This document shows, in pieces, positions 36,033 through 46,669 of a stretch of 64,000 nt of DNA. A program made the translations under genes and the position numbers. The stretch comes from Candidatus Subterrananammoxibius californiae. Its GTDB lineage: Bacteria; Planctomycetota; Brocadiia; Brocadiales; Subterrananammoxibiaceae. Positions within the stretch are counted from its first letter, which is position 1. Each line of letters opens with the position of its first letter. The notes below the pieces were generated by a model, which saw only the letters and a list, made by a program, of their open reading frames with translations, did not search any database and was not told the origin of the DNA. The stretch is taken from the NCBI GenBank assembly GCA_030586555.1, contig JAURAC010000017.1, positions 8,061-72,060 on the forward strand, read 5' to 3'.

Positions 36033-37367
36033 TCAGGTATGTAAAGAAGCGCTTCTTGTCCTCGCCCTGAATAAAAACCTTAAAGGCACCTCGGAAAAAG
36101 GAAACCTCTTGCGCAGGCAGTTGGCAAGGTATCGCTCATAATCGCTGTCAAATAGTGATGGGTCGTTAACAAACAGTGCAATTGTTGGTGGACGGACGGA
36201 GACCTGTGTGCCGTAGTATATCCTTGGCATCTTATGCTTTTTTCTTGTGGGACGATGTACCGTAATAGCACCCTCAAGGGCTTTGTTTAGTTCGGCAGTG
36301 GGAATACGGGTGTTTGCCTGTTTAAAGAGTTCCTGTGCCAGATTGATTGTACTAATAACATTCTGTCCATCCTGTGCACATACAAATGAAAGGGGAGCAA
36401 ATGATAAACCCTGTAACTGGGCATGAATATAATCGGCAAATTTGCCTGTTTCAATACCTTCTGCAAGGTCCCATTTGTTTACAATAATAATGCAGGGCTT
36501 AAAATGTTCAACGATATAAGAACCTAACTTTTTATCCACCTCAGAAATCTTACTGGGCGCATCTAACATAAAGAGCACAACATCAGCCCTTCTAATAGAC
36601 CTTTCTGCCCGCACCATACTGTAAAATTCTATTGAATCCTCAATCTGCTTCTTTTTCCGCACCCCTGGGGTGTCTATGGCAATGAACGTCTTACCATCAA
36701 GTTCAAATCTAACATCAATCGAATCCCTCGTAGTTCCTGGTATTTCACTGACAATTACCCTGTATTCATTGGCGAGGGTGTTAATCAAGGTGGACTTGCC
36801 TACGTTTCGCTTCCCCACGACTGCAAGCTTCATCAGCGGAATAGCCAATTCTTCTAATGTGGTAGCAATTGGAGTAAGGAGAGAAACTATCTTATCCAGT
36901 AATGCACTACGTCCAAAGCCCTCGGTGGCAGAAAGCGGGAGTGGTTCTCCAAATCCGAGTTTGAAAAATTCCCCCAAAAATGGTTCTTGTTTTGGGGAAT
37001 CTACCTTGTTGGCTATAAGGATAATTGGTTTATTTATTTGACGGAGTCTTTCGGCTACTGTAATATCGAGGGGCGTAACCCCTTCACGAACGTCTACAAC
37101 AAAGAGGATAAGGTGGGCTGTATCTATTGCAATCTGTATCTGGGTTTCTACCTCCTCCCTTAATTCTTCAACATCCTGAATACCTATTCCACCTGTATCA
37201 ACAATCTCAAACAGGCGACCGCTATATTCGATTTCTGTAGAAACCCTGTCTCTTGTAACCCCACTGGTAGGGTCAACGATAGAGATGCGGCGTCTGGCAA
37301 GGCAATTTAGCAGGGATGACTTGCCTACATTTGGCCTGCCTATGATTGCAACGGTAGGAATATACAT
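36033..37367 (-). CDS. der: Ribosome biogenesis GTPase Der/EngA
   Basis: Two G domains (GRPNVGKS, GKRNVGKS) plus KH-like tail. Confidence 0.97.
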   Translation of the reverse strand: MYIPTVAIIGRPNVGKSSLLNCLARRRISIVDPTSGVTRDRVSTEIEYSGRLFEIVDTGGIGIQDVEELREEVETQIQIAIDTAHLILFVVDVREGVTPLDITVAERLRQINKPIILIANKVDSPKQEPFLGEFFKLGFGEPLPLSATEGFGRSALLDKIVSLLTPIATTLEELAIPLMKLAVVGKRNVGKSTLINTLANEYRVIVSEIPGTTRDSIDVRFELDGKTFIAIDTPGVRKKKQIEDSIEFYSMVRAERSIRRADVVLFMLDAPSKISEVDKKLGSYIVEHFKPCIIIVNKWDLAEGIETGKFADYIHAQLQGLSFAPLSFVCAQDGQNVISTINLAQELFKQANTRIPTAELNKALEGAITVHRPTRKKHKMPRIYYGTQVSVRPPTIALFVNDPSLFDSDYERYLANCLRKRFPFSEVPLRFLFRARTRSASLHT

Positions 37368-37539
37368 AGTTCATGGCTTATAGAAAGGATTCAATAGAAA
37401 ATTATAAATAGAAATTTAAAAAGTAAAATTCTATCATTTTAATTTTTAATTTCTCATTTAGATATTTCTATTTGGTTTTTTCTCTGCTCATAGCTCATAG
37501 TTCATAGCCATCAGCTATGAGCTAAGTTGTTATGAGTTA

Positions 37540-38739
37540 TCAGCTATGTTCCCCTTCAGTCTCTTCAGATTTTTCTTCTGTGTGTCCAGGGTTTTCCCCT
37601 GGCTTTTCCCCAGTTTCTGGCGCCTTTGTACTTCCGCCTAAGGTGGATTCCTCCTTCTTTTCCTCCATATATACATCGGTAATCTCAGTTCCATCAACTT
37701 CTTTCCTCATTAGAAAATAGATTATTGTTTTTGCAGAGAAGAGGAACGAACTGGCTATGCCCCCGATTATAAGGTTAGTCAATCCTATATAGAACATTAT
37801 GAGAACAGCGGTAATCTTAAGTGTTTGAGTACTGAGTGCAGCCAAGCCTGTTGAGGTTTGCGCTGCTGCACCGGCATCTTGCGTGGTTGGTAAGTTTTTG
37901 ACTACTCCCCTAATGGCATCAAACTTTTGTCCCATACCGATGTTTATCGTGTCGAACGAAGTTTGAAAAACACAACATGCAACCAGCGCTATGAATAAGA
38001 CAAGTGCGCCTCCTGAGACAATGGCGGTGAAACAATAACATAATAGACTTTTTGGTTTAGTAATCGTATAACTATAGGCACGGCTCATTGCATCAAAGGC
38101 ATCAGAACCCTCGGCGCTTATTGTAGGAAACATAAGTCCAAGACCTAAGAGTCCAACAAGGGCAATAAAAATAATAAGAAAGCTCGAAATGATGACCAAT
38201 GGAAAGCCCAATCCAATAAAAAGCTCTCCAACAAATTTTATCTGTCCAATAAGGCCGCCAAGTATATTGCAAAACATAAAGACCATTACGCCAACTGCGG
38301 GGGCAAGCGGCGCCCAAAAATAGGACCAGAATTTATTAGAAGCAAATTTAACGGACTCAGATAATTTTATTGATTCATTTCTTGCATATTCAACGGCAGA
38401 AAGACGTGTAATTGCCCCACCAACAAAAGACCAGATTATTAACAACCCAAGGACTAAAAGCACAATGGAAACACCATTGCCGAGGTTAAGTGACTTGATG
38501 GTTGATAAGAAGACTTTCCATAGCTGAGGGGCTCCGATATGCGGTGAGCGGAACACATTGCTGAGAATTACTTCTGGGCCTATGGTAATTAGTTCCATAG
38601 AGCGAAGCAAGGCGATTATCACAACTGTCCAGATTAAACTGGCAGCAAATCCTGCAAAGCCTAAAAAAATCTTCTTTACATCAAAAGCAATCTTAAATGC
38701 ACGAAAAACCTCTTTACAGCCACATTGGCATTCCTGCAT
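37540..38739 (-). CDS. Hypothetical multi-pass membrane protein
   Basis: Long hydrophobic ORF with SD GGAGGA; SDAFDAMSRAYSY, IYFLMRKEVDG. Confidence 0.75.
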   Translation of the reverse strand: MQECQCGCKEVFRAFKIAFDVKKIFLGFAGFAASLIWTVVIIALLRSMELITIGPEVILSNVFRSPHIGAPQLWKVFLSTIKSLNLGNGVSIVLLVLGLLIIWSFVGGAITRLSAVEYARNESIKLSESVKFASNKFWSYFWAPLAPAVGVMVFMFCNILGGLIGQIKFVGELFIGLGFPLVIISSFLIIFIALVGLLGLGLMFPTISAEGSDAFDAMSRAYSYTITKPKSLLCYCFTAIVSGGALVLFIALVACCVFQTSFDTINIGMGQKFDAIRGVVKNLPTTQDAGAAAQTSTGLAALSTQTLKITAVLIMFYIGLTNLIIGGIASSFLFSAKTIIYFLMRKEVDGTEITDVYMEEKKEESTLGGSTKAPETGEKPGENPGHTEEKSEETEGEHS

Positions 38740-38840
38740 TTTTTCCTCCTTTCGCTATCTGATATTTGCCGTATAGTTCCACGCGTCACGCCCAGCATGA
38801 CTCAGTGGAACAGAGAAGATTCCCAGAGTGAAAACTACCC

Positions 38841-39065
38841 TTAGCCTTTATCCCTTATATCCTCAAGTTCTTCATGATTCTTTTGTGTAGAGGATTTTTC
38901 TTCCACCTCTTGTGACACAGGAGATTCTATTCGATGTTTCTCGTCGAGCCAGAGACCTAAATCAATTAATTTGCACTGCTCACTGCAAAAAGGAAACGTA
39001 GGCACATCTGCAACGGAATTGTACCTTATTTCCTTTTGACAATAACGGCAATTAATTGTAAGCAT
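38841..39065 (-). CDS. yacG: DNA gyrase inhibitor
   Basis: CRYC...FPFCSEQCKLIDLGLW. Confidence 0.9.
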   Translation of the reverse strand: MLTINCRYCQKEIRYNSVADVPTFPFCSEQCKLIDLGLWLDEKHRIESPVSQEVEEKSSTQKNHEELEDIRDKG

Positions 39066-39066
39066 T

Positions 39067-39333
39067 TCACTTCTTTTCTTGACCTTTTGCATCGGGTTTC
39101 TCCGCCTTAGGCGTATCGTTTTCTGCCTTTATCCTTGACTTGTATTCGCTGCTCCGATAATCGGTTTGGTAAAAACCTGACCCTTTAAATAAAACAGCAG
39201 CACCGGCGCCAAGAAGGCGTTCTAATCTGGGTTCCCCGCATTCGGGGCATTTCTTGATGGTTTTTTCAGATATTGACTGGAATAATTCAAATGTATGGTT
39301 ACAAGCATTGCATCTGTAATCATAAGTTGGCAT
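39067..39333 (-). CDS. FmdB-family zinc-ribbon protein
   Basis: MPTYDYRC..C...CPEC...FKGSGFYQTDY. Confidence 0.92.
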   Translation of the reverse strand: MPTYDYRCNACNHTFELFQSISEKTIKKCPECGEPRLERLLGAGAAVLFKGSGFYQTDYRSSEYKSRIKAENDTPKAEKPDAKGQEKK

Positions 39334-39395
39334 AGGTTTTTTCTGGTTACCACATCCGTAAAAGGAAGGTTTGAACCAGATGCTTCACCTCCTCC

Positions 39396-40514
39396 CTAAA
39401 AATAATTCTTCATTTTTCCAAATAATCCCTTTTTACGTGGGCTTGGATTCCGTTGTTCTAACTCAGCAAATTCCTTGAGCAGCTCTTCCTGTCGTGTCGT
39501 AAGTTTTGTTGGGGTTTCAATAACCAACTGAACCAGCAAATTACCACGTCCATATCCGTGGACGTCAGGGAACCCTTCCCCTCGTATTGTTATTACATGG
39601 CCGCTTTGTGTGCCTCTTGGTATTTTAACCTTTGTAGAACTGGTGAGAGTGGGAACTTCTATAACACTTCCCAGTACAGCTTGAGTAAAGCTGATTGGCA
39701 CCTCACAAATTATATCATTGTTATGCCTCTCGAAGATTGGATGTGGCTTGACGTGTATGTCGCAATAAAGGTCTCCGCGTGGCGCTCCATTCTCACCAGC
39801 CTCACCCTGACCAGGAATGCGAAGCCTTGTACCCTCGTCAACCCCTGCGGGTATTTGCACGGATATACTGGTTTTTTTGGGATATCGTCCCGACCCACCG
39901 CATTTATAACAAGGTGTTTCAATAATCGTTCCTTTGCCCCTGCACCTGGGGCATGTAGTACGCAGCATAAAAAACCCCTGGCTCTGCTGAACTTCGCCTC
40001 TGCCACCGCAATACGAGCAAGTAATAGGACGCGTACCCTCTCGAGCGCCTGTGCCGTTGCATTTCTCGCAAGGTTCCCTTCTTGTTAACTCGATTGTCTT
40101 TTCTACGCCCTTCGCAACCTCGACAAAATCCACTTCTATGTCGCATTTAAGACTTGCTCCCCTATGAGGCTCATGTGCGCGGGCTCTCCCGGCGCCAAAG
40201 AAATCCTCAAAAATACTCCTACCGCCAAAGACGTCTCCAAAGGCATCAAAGATATCTTCAAAGGTGCTGAAACCATGCATCTCTGTGCCTCTAAGCCCAT
40301 CGTGGCCAAACTGGTCGTATCGTTGTCTTTTTTCAGGGTCTCCCAGTACCTCGTAAGCTTCTGCAGCCTCCTTGAACTTCTGTTCGGCTTCCTTGCTCCC
40401 AGGATTTCTGTCTGGATGATATTTGAGGGCTATTTGCCTGTAAGCCTTTTTGATGTCTTCCTCGGTGGCTTTTCTATTGACGCCTAAAATCTTATAATAA
40501 TCGTCTTTTACCAT
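39396..40514 (-). CDS. dnaJ: Chaperone DnaJ
   Basis: HPD J-domain, four CxxCxGxG. Confidence 0.97.
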   Translation of the reverse strand: MVKDDYYKILGVNRKATEEDIKKAYRQIALKYHPDRNPGSKEAEQKFKEAAEAYEVLGDPEKRQRYDQFGHDGLRGTEMHGFSTFEDIFDAFGDVFGGRSIFEDFFGAGRARAHEPHRGASLKCDIEVDFVEVAKGVEKTIELTRREPCEKCNGTGAREGTRPITCSYCGGRGEVQQSQGFFMLRTTCPRCRGKGTIIETPCYKCGGSGRYPKKTSISVQIPAGVDEGTRLRIPGQGEAGENGAPRGDLYCDIHVKPHPIFERHNNDIICEVPISFTQAVLGSVIEVPTLTSSTKVKIPRGTQSGHVITIRGEGFPDVHGYGRGNLLVQLVIETPTKLTTRQEELLKEFAELEQRNPSPRKKGLFGKMKNYF

Positions 40515-40721
40515 TTTTCGAGTCGTGAGTTTTAAGTTAAGCGTTGAGAATTGCGAGTCGAGAGTTGCAAGTTACGAGTTGGCGCATTAACTCTTAATTC
40601 ACAACTCTTAACTCCTATAATATATATGATATTGATAAAAAGTCAAGTGCTGTATTGGAAGGGTTGCTATGAACAAAGGTATATTGTAGGAGCAGGATGA
40701 TCATGCCCCTACATAGGATAT

Positions 40722-41813
40722 TTATGTCACACTCTCCTGTGAATAAGATTTTTCTCTTCTTGCATTAGTTTGTTTGGCTTCATCAACCGTCTCCTCGATT
40801 CGCTCAAGGGCGTAGGCAATATCATCTGCATTTACATCCTTGTGTGTAACCATCCTGCCAAAGCTTCCTTCCATATGAACAGCTAATACGCTATTATCCT
40901 TAAGTTTCTTTATAAAATCTTTGCAGCTTAATCCAGACAGTTTAAGGTTGAAACAAACAATGTTTGTTTGAACGGTGCTAAGGTTTAATGTAAAGCCGTC
41001 TATTTTCGAGAGACCTTCGGCAAGAAACCTTGCATTCTTATGGTCTTCCGCAAGTCTGTCTATCATTTCCTCCAAAGAAATGATACCACACGCCGCAATC
41101 ACTCCAGCCTGCCTTGTGCCTCCACCGAGCAGCTTTCTTTTGCGTCGGGCTTCTATTATGAAATCTTCCGGACCGGCAAGGATTGCGCCTATAGGTGAAG
41201 CAAGCCCCTTCGTTAAGCAGAACATAACTGAATCGCACCCTTTTGTTAATTCCTTCGGGTCAACACCCTGTGCAACCGCTGAGTTAAATATACGCGCTCC
41301 GTCAAGATGGAGGTGCAAGCCGTATTTATTCGCAATACTAACCAGTTCTTTAGTATCTTGAGTCGTTATGACGGTGCCACCTGCCAAATTATTGGTGTTT
41401 TCAAATACGATAAGCGTGGTGCGTGGAAAGCGCATATCATTGGGGCGGATATTTGATACCAATTCATCTAAGTCCAGTCTGCCCTGGGTATCCACTCCTA
41501 TCGGGCATGTTGTTACCCCTGCAATAGCTGATGTTCCACCGCCGGTTAGCATGTTGAGATGCGACCGTCTGTCGCATATAACCCCGTCTCCTTGCCTTGT
41601 ATGTACCATGATGGCAATGAGATTGCCCATCGTACCGCTTGAGACGAACAAGGCAGCCTCTTTTCCGAGCTTTTTTGCAGCTATTTCTTCAAGTTTATTT
41701 ACCGTAGGGTCTTCTCTAAATCCATCGTCTCCAACCTCTGCACTCATCATAGCTTCACGCATGCGTGGTGTAGGCTTTGTAACCGTGTCGCTTCTTAAGT
41801 CCACAATTCTCAT
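40722..41813 (-). CDS. ltaE: Low-specificity L-threonine aldolase
   Basis: DLRSDTVT, SGTMGN, HLDGARIFN, CLTKGL. Confidence 0.9.
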   Translation of the reverse strand: MRIVDLRSDTVTKPTPRMREAMMSAEVGDDGFREDPTVNKLEEIAAKKLGKEAALFVSSGTMGNLIAIMVHTRQGDGVICDRRSHLNMLTGGGTSAIAGVTTCPIGVDTQGRLDLDELVSNIRPNDMRFPRTTLIVFENTNNLAGGTVITTQDTKELVSIANKYGLHLHLDGARIFNSAVAQGVDPKELTKGCDSVMFCLTKGLASPIGAILAGPEDFIIEARRKRKLLGGGTRQAGVIAACGIISLEEMIDRLAEDHKNARFLAEGLSKIDGFTLNLSTVQTNIVCFNLKLSGLSCKDFIKKLKDNSVLAVHMEGSFGRMVTHKDVNADDIAYALERIEETVDEAKQTNARREKSYSQESVT

Positions 41814-41831
41814 TAAGATTTGTCTCCTTTT

Positions 41832-42854
41832 TCAATTTACTTTATCCTGATTTAGCTCAAGATTCTTTAATTCTATATTTGCACCCACATATTCGGATGA
41901 ACACATGGCATTGGTTTCGTTGCATTTAAGGAAATTTTGTTTTGCAGACTGAATATCCCCTTTCAAGAGTTTGAGAGACCCTATGTAAAAGTAGGCATCG
42001 CATTTTTTCCATGGGTCTGAGGCTCTGGCGATTAAATCATCCTGGCTTAGCTTTCCGCTGTAATGGTGGACTAAGTCATAACCCCATGTTTCTGTGGAAG
42101 AGGATTGTTTTTCTTTCCCCGGGGTAGGGGCAGGTTTTAAACCTGCCCCTACATTATCAAGGAATTTTTTTGCGTCATCGCTTCCTTTACTTCTTTCGAG
42201 GGAAAGATACTTCCACAGTATATCGTAAGGGTTGTTTAGTTCGATGGACAATGCTACATCATAAGCCTCTAAAGCCTTATCAAATTCCTTGTTAAAGTAA
42301 TGGGCATGACCCTTTAGGAGGTGTGCCCAATGATAGCGTGTATCAAGGCTTACAGCGAGAATCAATTCTTTAATTGCTTTGTTGTAAGCATTATTGGCAA
42401 TATAAGCCCGTGCGAGATTTGCATGAAACCTATCCATATTCAGGTTTATATCTAAGGCAGCTTTCCCTTCCTCTATTGCCTGTTCAGGGTTCCCTTCGTG
42501 TATATAAAGGTGGCACAACATATTGTGGGCTTCCGCATGTTGGGGGTCACACCTTATAGTTTCTTTATATTCGTTGAGTGCCCGTTTCAGCATCGGCTTA
42601 TCAAGGCTTTCGTGGGCTTCATTATAATAGATATTGGCAAGATTATAGTGTGCCTCAACAAGGTTAGCATTTAGACCTAATGCCTTTTTGTACTCATCTA
42701 TGGCGGCATCAAGCTCTCCCTTGGCGATGTGCTCACTTGCAAGCTTACAATGCTTTAAAGCATCATCTGATTCTTTTGCAAATGACTCCAGACTCGTACA
42801 AATAAACATTCCAAAAATTATTACAAAACCACACAAAAGCCTCTTTTGCCTCAT
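41832..42854 (-). CDS. Exported TPR protein with an NlpI-like C-terminus
   Basis: Signal peptide, multiple TPRs, CDAYFYIG. Confidence 0.85.
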   Translation of the reverse strand: MRQKRLLCGFVIIFGMFICTSLESFAKESDDALKHCKLASEHIAKGELDAAIDEYKKALGLNANLVEAHYNLANIYYNEAHESLDKPMLKRALNEYKETIRCDPQHAEAHNMLCHLYIHEGNPEQAIEEGKAALDINLNMDRFHANLARAYIANNAYNKAIKELILAVSLDTRYHWAHLLKGHAHYFNKEFDKALEAYDVALSIELNNPYDILWKYLSLERSKGSDDAKKFLDNVGAGLKPAPTPGKEKQSSSTETWGYDLVHHYSGKLSQDDLIARASDPWKKCDAYFYIGSLKLLKGDIQSAKQNFLKCNETNAMCSSEYVGANIELKNLELNQDKVN

Positions 42855-42895
42855 CTCTTCGTAATTCCTTTTAAATGTGCCTTAGTTGTTAGTAT

Positions 42896-43447
42896 CAGTT
42901 TCTTTGCGTTTTTTTGCGGTTGAATAATTTAAACCGCAGAGGTCGCAAAGCGTTTCGCAAAAGAGCCGCAAAGGGTTTCACAAATTATTTACAACCCTTC
43001 TTATACCTTCTTTAAGTTTTAAAACATTAAAATTGATTAATAGACCTAATTTACAGCCTGACAATTTGAGATAGGTTAATATCTGTGCAAGGTGTATATC
43101 ATTTAATCCATCAACAGATTTCACCTCGATAATAACCTTGTTTTCAATAATTAAATCTACTCTATAACCACAATCTAACTTTACATCTTTATAGACAAGT
43201 GGCAAGGGTTTTTGTTTTTCTACTTTTAAACCCGCCTGTAATAACTCAAAATATAAACATTCTGCATAAGCCGACTCTAAAAGACCCGGCCCTAATGCAG
43301 AATGAATGCTTATTGCACAGCCTATAATTTTATTGGATATTTCATTTTCTGTCATCAGTTTCTCTGCGCCTTCTCTGCGTCCTTTGCGGTTAAATAATTT
43401 AAACCGCGGAGGGCGCTAAGTGTTTCGCAAAGAATCTCAAAGGATTT
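42896..43447. repeat. Imperfect ~80-90 bp direct repeats flanking the GxxExxY gene (about 42896-42978 and 43355-43447)
   Basis: TCAGTTTCT..GCG..TTTGCGGTT(G/A)AATAATTTAAACCGC..AG..CGC.AAG.GTTTCGCAAA on both sides. Confidence 0.85.
42978..43355 (-). CDS. GxxExxY protein (PD-(D/E)XK-like)
   Basis: LGPGLLESAY, YRVDLIIE, EVK, QILTYLK. Confidence 0.95.
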   Translation of the reverse strand: MTENEISNKIIGCAISIHSALGPGLLESAYAECLYFELLQAGLKVEKQKPLPLVYKDVKLDCGYRVDLIIENKVIIEVKSVDGLNDIHLAQILTYLKLSGCKLGLLINFNVLKLKEGIRRVVNNL

Positions 43448-43490
43448 TAAGATTATTTCTCTGCGTTCTTTACAGTTAGAAATCGCCCAT

Positions 43491-44561
43491 TTAATGTGCC
43501 TCAATTTGCAGGTCTCTCTGTGAATATCCAAATATGGCTAATAAGTCATAGCATATTTTGACGATGTTATTAGCATTCAAATTTACCTCTACAAAGATAT
43601 TTGAATTACTTATTTTTTCAGGTATTCTTAACTCATTTTTGTTTCGTGTAAAGTAAGGTCGTTTTGTCCCCCGTAGTTCTAAAGCCCTTTCAAATTCATT
43701 TCTATGTAAAGAATAAATTAAGCTGGATAATTCCATTAACAAATCATGCCATGAACGTACTTCATATTTTTTATTCTTAAAATAGAAACCCATTATAGAT
43801 TTTCCTATATAGTCACCTGGAGCTTCTGATTTAATTAAAGGTTTCTTTTTTTCTAAAGGCGGTTTTGGTAGTTGAATCTCGGATAATAGAAATTGACCCC
43901 TATTTGTTAACAAAAATTGTTCGATAAGTTCACTATCCGCTTTATATCCACATAGCTTTTCGGTAGTATCGTTGATTAAATCCATAAGTAATTCATCGGG
44001 TTCGGTTATGATTTTATTCCATGCCTTATGTAATGTTTCCCTCAATATTTTCCGCTTCTGTTGCCCTCTATACACACTCTCTGCATTCAGTATTGCTTTC
44101 TCATTATTTATATTTTCTTTCGATAAGAAATCAATGAACTTGGTGGCAATATCGTCAGGCTCTTGCTGGAGCATGTCAATAGTGTAAAACTTTCGCTCAT
44201 ACCAGCTTCCCTCGTATAAAGGAAGATAAAACCACCAGCTTACACCATTTGTTAAGATGGCAAGCCATACCCCTTTTTTGAAAGAGTAATCAAGCAATTG
44301 TTCCTGATGTTTTTCTAAATCCTCATTTACCCTCTTAACTTCTATAAAAATCTTGTCTTTGTTATTAAGCCTTAAAGCATAATCAACATTTCCTTCTCCT
44401 GCTTCCTGCTCTGGTTTTACCTCGTCAATGTTAAATATGTTCCAGCCGAGGTTAGATAGTAATGGTAGAATTATTCCTTGCTTTGTTGCAGCCTCGTCAA
44501 AGGAATCTATTCTTTTATCCGCCCTGATATTTTCTATAAAACTTAATAATTGCTCTTTCAT
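43491..44561 (-). CDS. HsdR_N-like restriction endonuclease domain fused to a SeqA-C-like domain
   Basis: EAATKQ..ILP.L..LGW, VDYAL, IEVK, ILTNG; C-terminal GTKRPYF...IFVEVNLNA. Confidence 0.75.
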   Translation of the reverse strand: MKEQLLSFIENIRADKRIDSFDEAATKQGIILPLLSNLGWNIFNIDEVKPEQEAGEGNVDYALRLNNKDKIFIEVKRVNEDLEKHQEQLLDYSFKKGVWLAILTNGVSWWFYLPLYEGSWYERKFYTIDMLQQEPDDIATKFIDFLSKENINNEKAILNAESVYRGQQKRKILRETLHKAWNKIITEPDELLMDLINDTTEKLCGYKADSELIEQFLLTNRGQFLLSEIQLPKPPLEKKKPLIKSEAPGDYIGKSIMGFYFKNKKYEVRSWHDLLMELSSLIYSLHRNEFERALELRGTKRPYFTRNKNELRIPEKISNSNIFVEVNLNANNIVKICYDLLAIFGYSQRDLQIEAH

Positions 44562-44574
44562 TTTTTACCCTTTT

Positions 44575-45342
44575 TTATGCCGCCAGTTCTTCCACATATT
44601 CATCCCGTCGGCTCCAGACAATTGTTTTGACACCGTATTGCTTAAGAGCGCCAATAACATCAGGGGCTACCACCTTGCGTGTATCATTAAGTATACCATA
44701 CGCCGTAGAATCAGGGTCCCGCGCCTCTTTTGTTTCATCCCAGGCAAAGGCGAGGTTGATAGCACTCTGGCGATCTGGATGGTTTATCGCTCTCAGAATA
44801 CGCTCAGGTTTGGTTCGGGAAGCAGGAATAACAAAATCAAAACAGTGGTCATAGCCGCTTCGACCTGTAAACTTTACAGATGGAGTAAATCGAACTTTGT
44901 GAAGCCTTAAAAATCGCTCCACATCCGCCATGAAGAGCCTTGCCACCATTGGCTCTGCCAATGTAAAAAGGTCATTTACTGCCAGCATCGCCTGTAGGAG
45001 GTTATGCTTCTTCTGAGGAAAGTTGTGAACCTGGGCTTCTACAATGAGTTCTTCACCCTGAATACGGACACCAAAGCCGTTCAATATGGAATGAAGCAAT
45101 TGTTTCCTTTTTTCTGAGGTAAATTCACAGCCACTTAATTGGAGGTCTTTAATAGTATAACCATCATCTGTAAGCACAAGCCCTCCATCTGACAACTTAA
45201 CGTATATCTGGAGACAATCGTTATGTCTATCGAGAAAAGGGGTTGTAATCTCACAAACTCCATTTATATCCTGAACCGTAATCTTCTCCCGGAGCCAGTT
45301 GGTGTAGGCAATAATGAGGTCATGACATTCTTTTAAAATCAT
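44575..45342 (-). CDS. DUF1828/DUF1829 protein
   Basis: ITTPFLDRHND, LTDDGYT, FTGRSGYDH.FDF. Confidence 0.8.
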   Translation of the reverse strand: MILKECHDLIIAYTNWLREKITVQDINGVCEITTPFLDRHNDCLQIYVKLSDGGLVLTDDGYTIKDLQLSGCEFTSEKRKQLLHSILNGFGVRIQGEELIVEAQVHNFPQKKHNLLQAMLAVNDLFTLAEPMVARLFMADVERFLRLHKVRFTPSVKFTGRSGYDHCFDFVIPASRTKPERILRAINHPDRQSAINLAFAWDETKEARDPDSTAYGILNDTRKVVAPDVIGALKQYGVKTIVWSRRDEYVEELAA

Positions 45343-45812
45343 AATAAGCCCTTTTGAATAATTGGTGGTTCTACAATATTGCAATAGCGAAAGAAATCGA
45401 AAAGGGTATCATAAAGGTCATGTGTTCTTGGGAATTCGTCTTCAGGCGCTGGAATAGCCCATTTAACCATGAAGCCTTCTACATAAATGTGCAAATGGGG
45501 ACAGGGTAGGGTAATACCATTGTATTCAGCTAAGTAAGGAAAAGGAACTACATTGACCTCTGGATTGGGGTGAGGAGGTCCATCCACATCGAGGCGTACG
45601 AGGATGATAATACCCTGGTGTCTTTCTTGATAGGTACATTTCGTTAATCTAATTCTTCCACGGTTTATATCCAACAAGAAAGCCTCTCTTTCATCAAGAG
45701 AAACAATAGGAATAGTCAGAAGTTCACCTCTCTGTGGGAAATCATAACTATCTTTTTTTGCCCTCTTCTTTTTTAAAGTAATAAGTGCGTTTGCTTCTGA
45801 TTGAGTAAGCAT
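45339..45812 (-). CDS. DUF6978-like protein, ATGA-coupled to the next gene
   Basis: LVRLD..GPPH.NP, CPHLHIY.EG..KWA.P, F..YCNI. Confidence 0.7.
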   Translation of the reverse strand: MLTQSEANALITLKKKRAKKDSYDFPQRGELLTIPIVSLDEREAFLLDINRGRIRLTKCTYQERHQGIIILVRLDVDGPPHPNPEVNVVPFPYLAEYNGITLPCPHLHIYVEGFMVKWAIPAPEDEFPRTHDLYDTLFDFFRYCNIVEPPIIQKGLL

Positions 45813-45828
45813 TATCTTTCTCCACAAA

Positions 45829-46611
45829 TCAAGATACTAACACATTTGCTGGTTTTTCACCATTAATTACCTCACGCGCAAGGTTCATATAGTCCTCGGC
45901 GCCGATGCTGCCGGGGGCGTACAGGGTAATGGGTAGGCCTGATATTGGGCATTCGGCAAGCCTTGTGCTTTCCCGAATAATAGTGTTAAAGACCTTATCC
46001 TGAAAGCGTACCCTGATTCTCTGGACAACTTCATTGCTAAGCGTTGTCCTGCTATCAAACATGCAAGCAATAATCCCTGTAACCTCAAGGATGGGGTTCA
46101 GCCTATCCCTGACCATCTGGATGGTGTTAAGAAGGGTTACAAGGCCATTCAGGGCAAGTATCTTTGTCTCCACAGGGACAAATATCTCCCTCGTGGCTGT
46201 TAGTGCGTTAATCGTTATCAATCCCAATGAAGGAGGGCAATCAAGCATGATGTAATCATATCGCTCTATCATAGGAAGGAGTTTCCTCTTTAATATCGTA
46301 TCACGCCCTGTTTCGTTAGCAAAGGTACTTTCTACGCCAATCAAGTCGGTGCGTGCCGGGGCAATCTCCAATCCCTCAATGCACGAGTTCTCAAGTATAT
46401 CATTTATCTCAGCCTCACCAAGAAAAACATCGTACATAGATTTCGGCAGGCTTTCAGTATGCTTACCCAACCATGAACTGAGGTTTCCTTGAGGGTCAAG
46501 GTCTATTAACAAGACCTTCTTGCCAAGCTGGGCAAGGCATGCCCCAAGATTGACTGTTGTGGTGGTCTTTGCTACTCCACCCTTTTGATTCGCAAGCGCT
46601 ATAATACGCAT
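45829..46611 (-). CDS. ParA/Soj-family ATPase (no adjacent parB)
   Basis: NQKGGVAKTTT, DLDPQGN, DCPPSLG. Confidence 0.92.
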   Translation of the reverse strand: MRIIALANQKGGVAKTTTTVNLGACLAQLGKKVLLIDLDPQGNLSSWLGKHTESLPKSMYDVFLGEAEINDILENSCIEGLEIAPARTDLIGVESTFANETGRDTILKRKLLPMIERYDYIMLDCPPSLGLITINALTATREIFVPVETKILALNGLVTLLNTIQMVRDRLNPILEVTGIIACMFDSRTTLSNEVVQRIRVRFQDKVFNTIIRESTRLAECPISGLPITLYAPGSIGAEDYMNLAREVINGEKPANVLVS

Positions 46612-46669
46612 AGAAATGAATTGTAAAATGAAAAATGCAAATTTTAAATTTTTATTTTACAATTTACAA

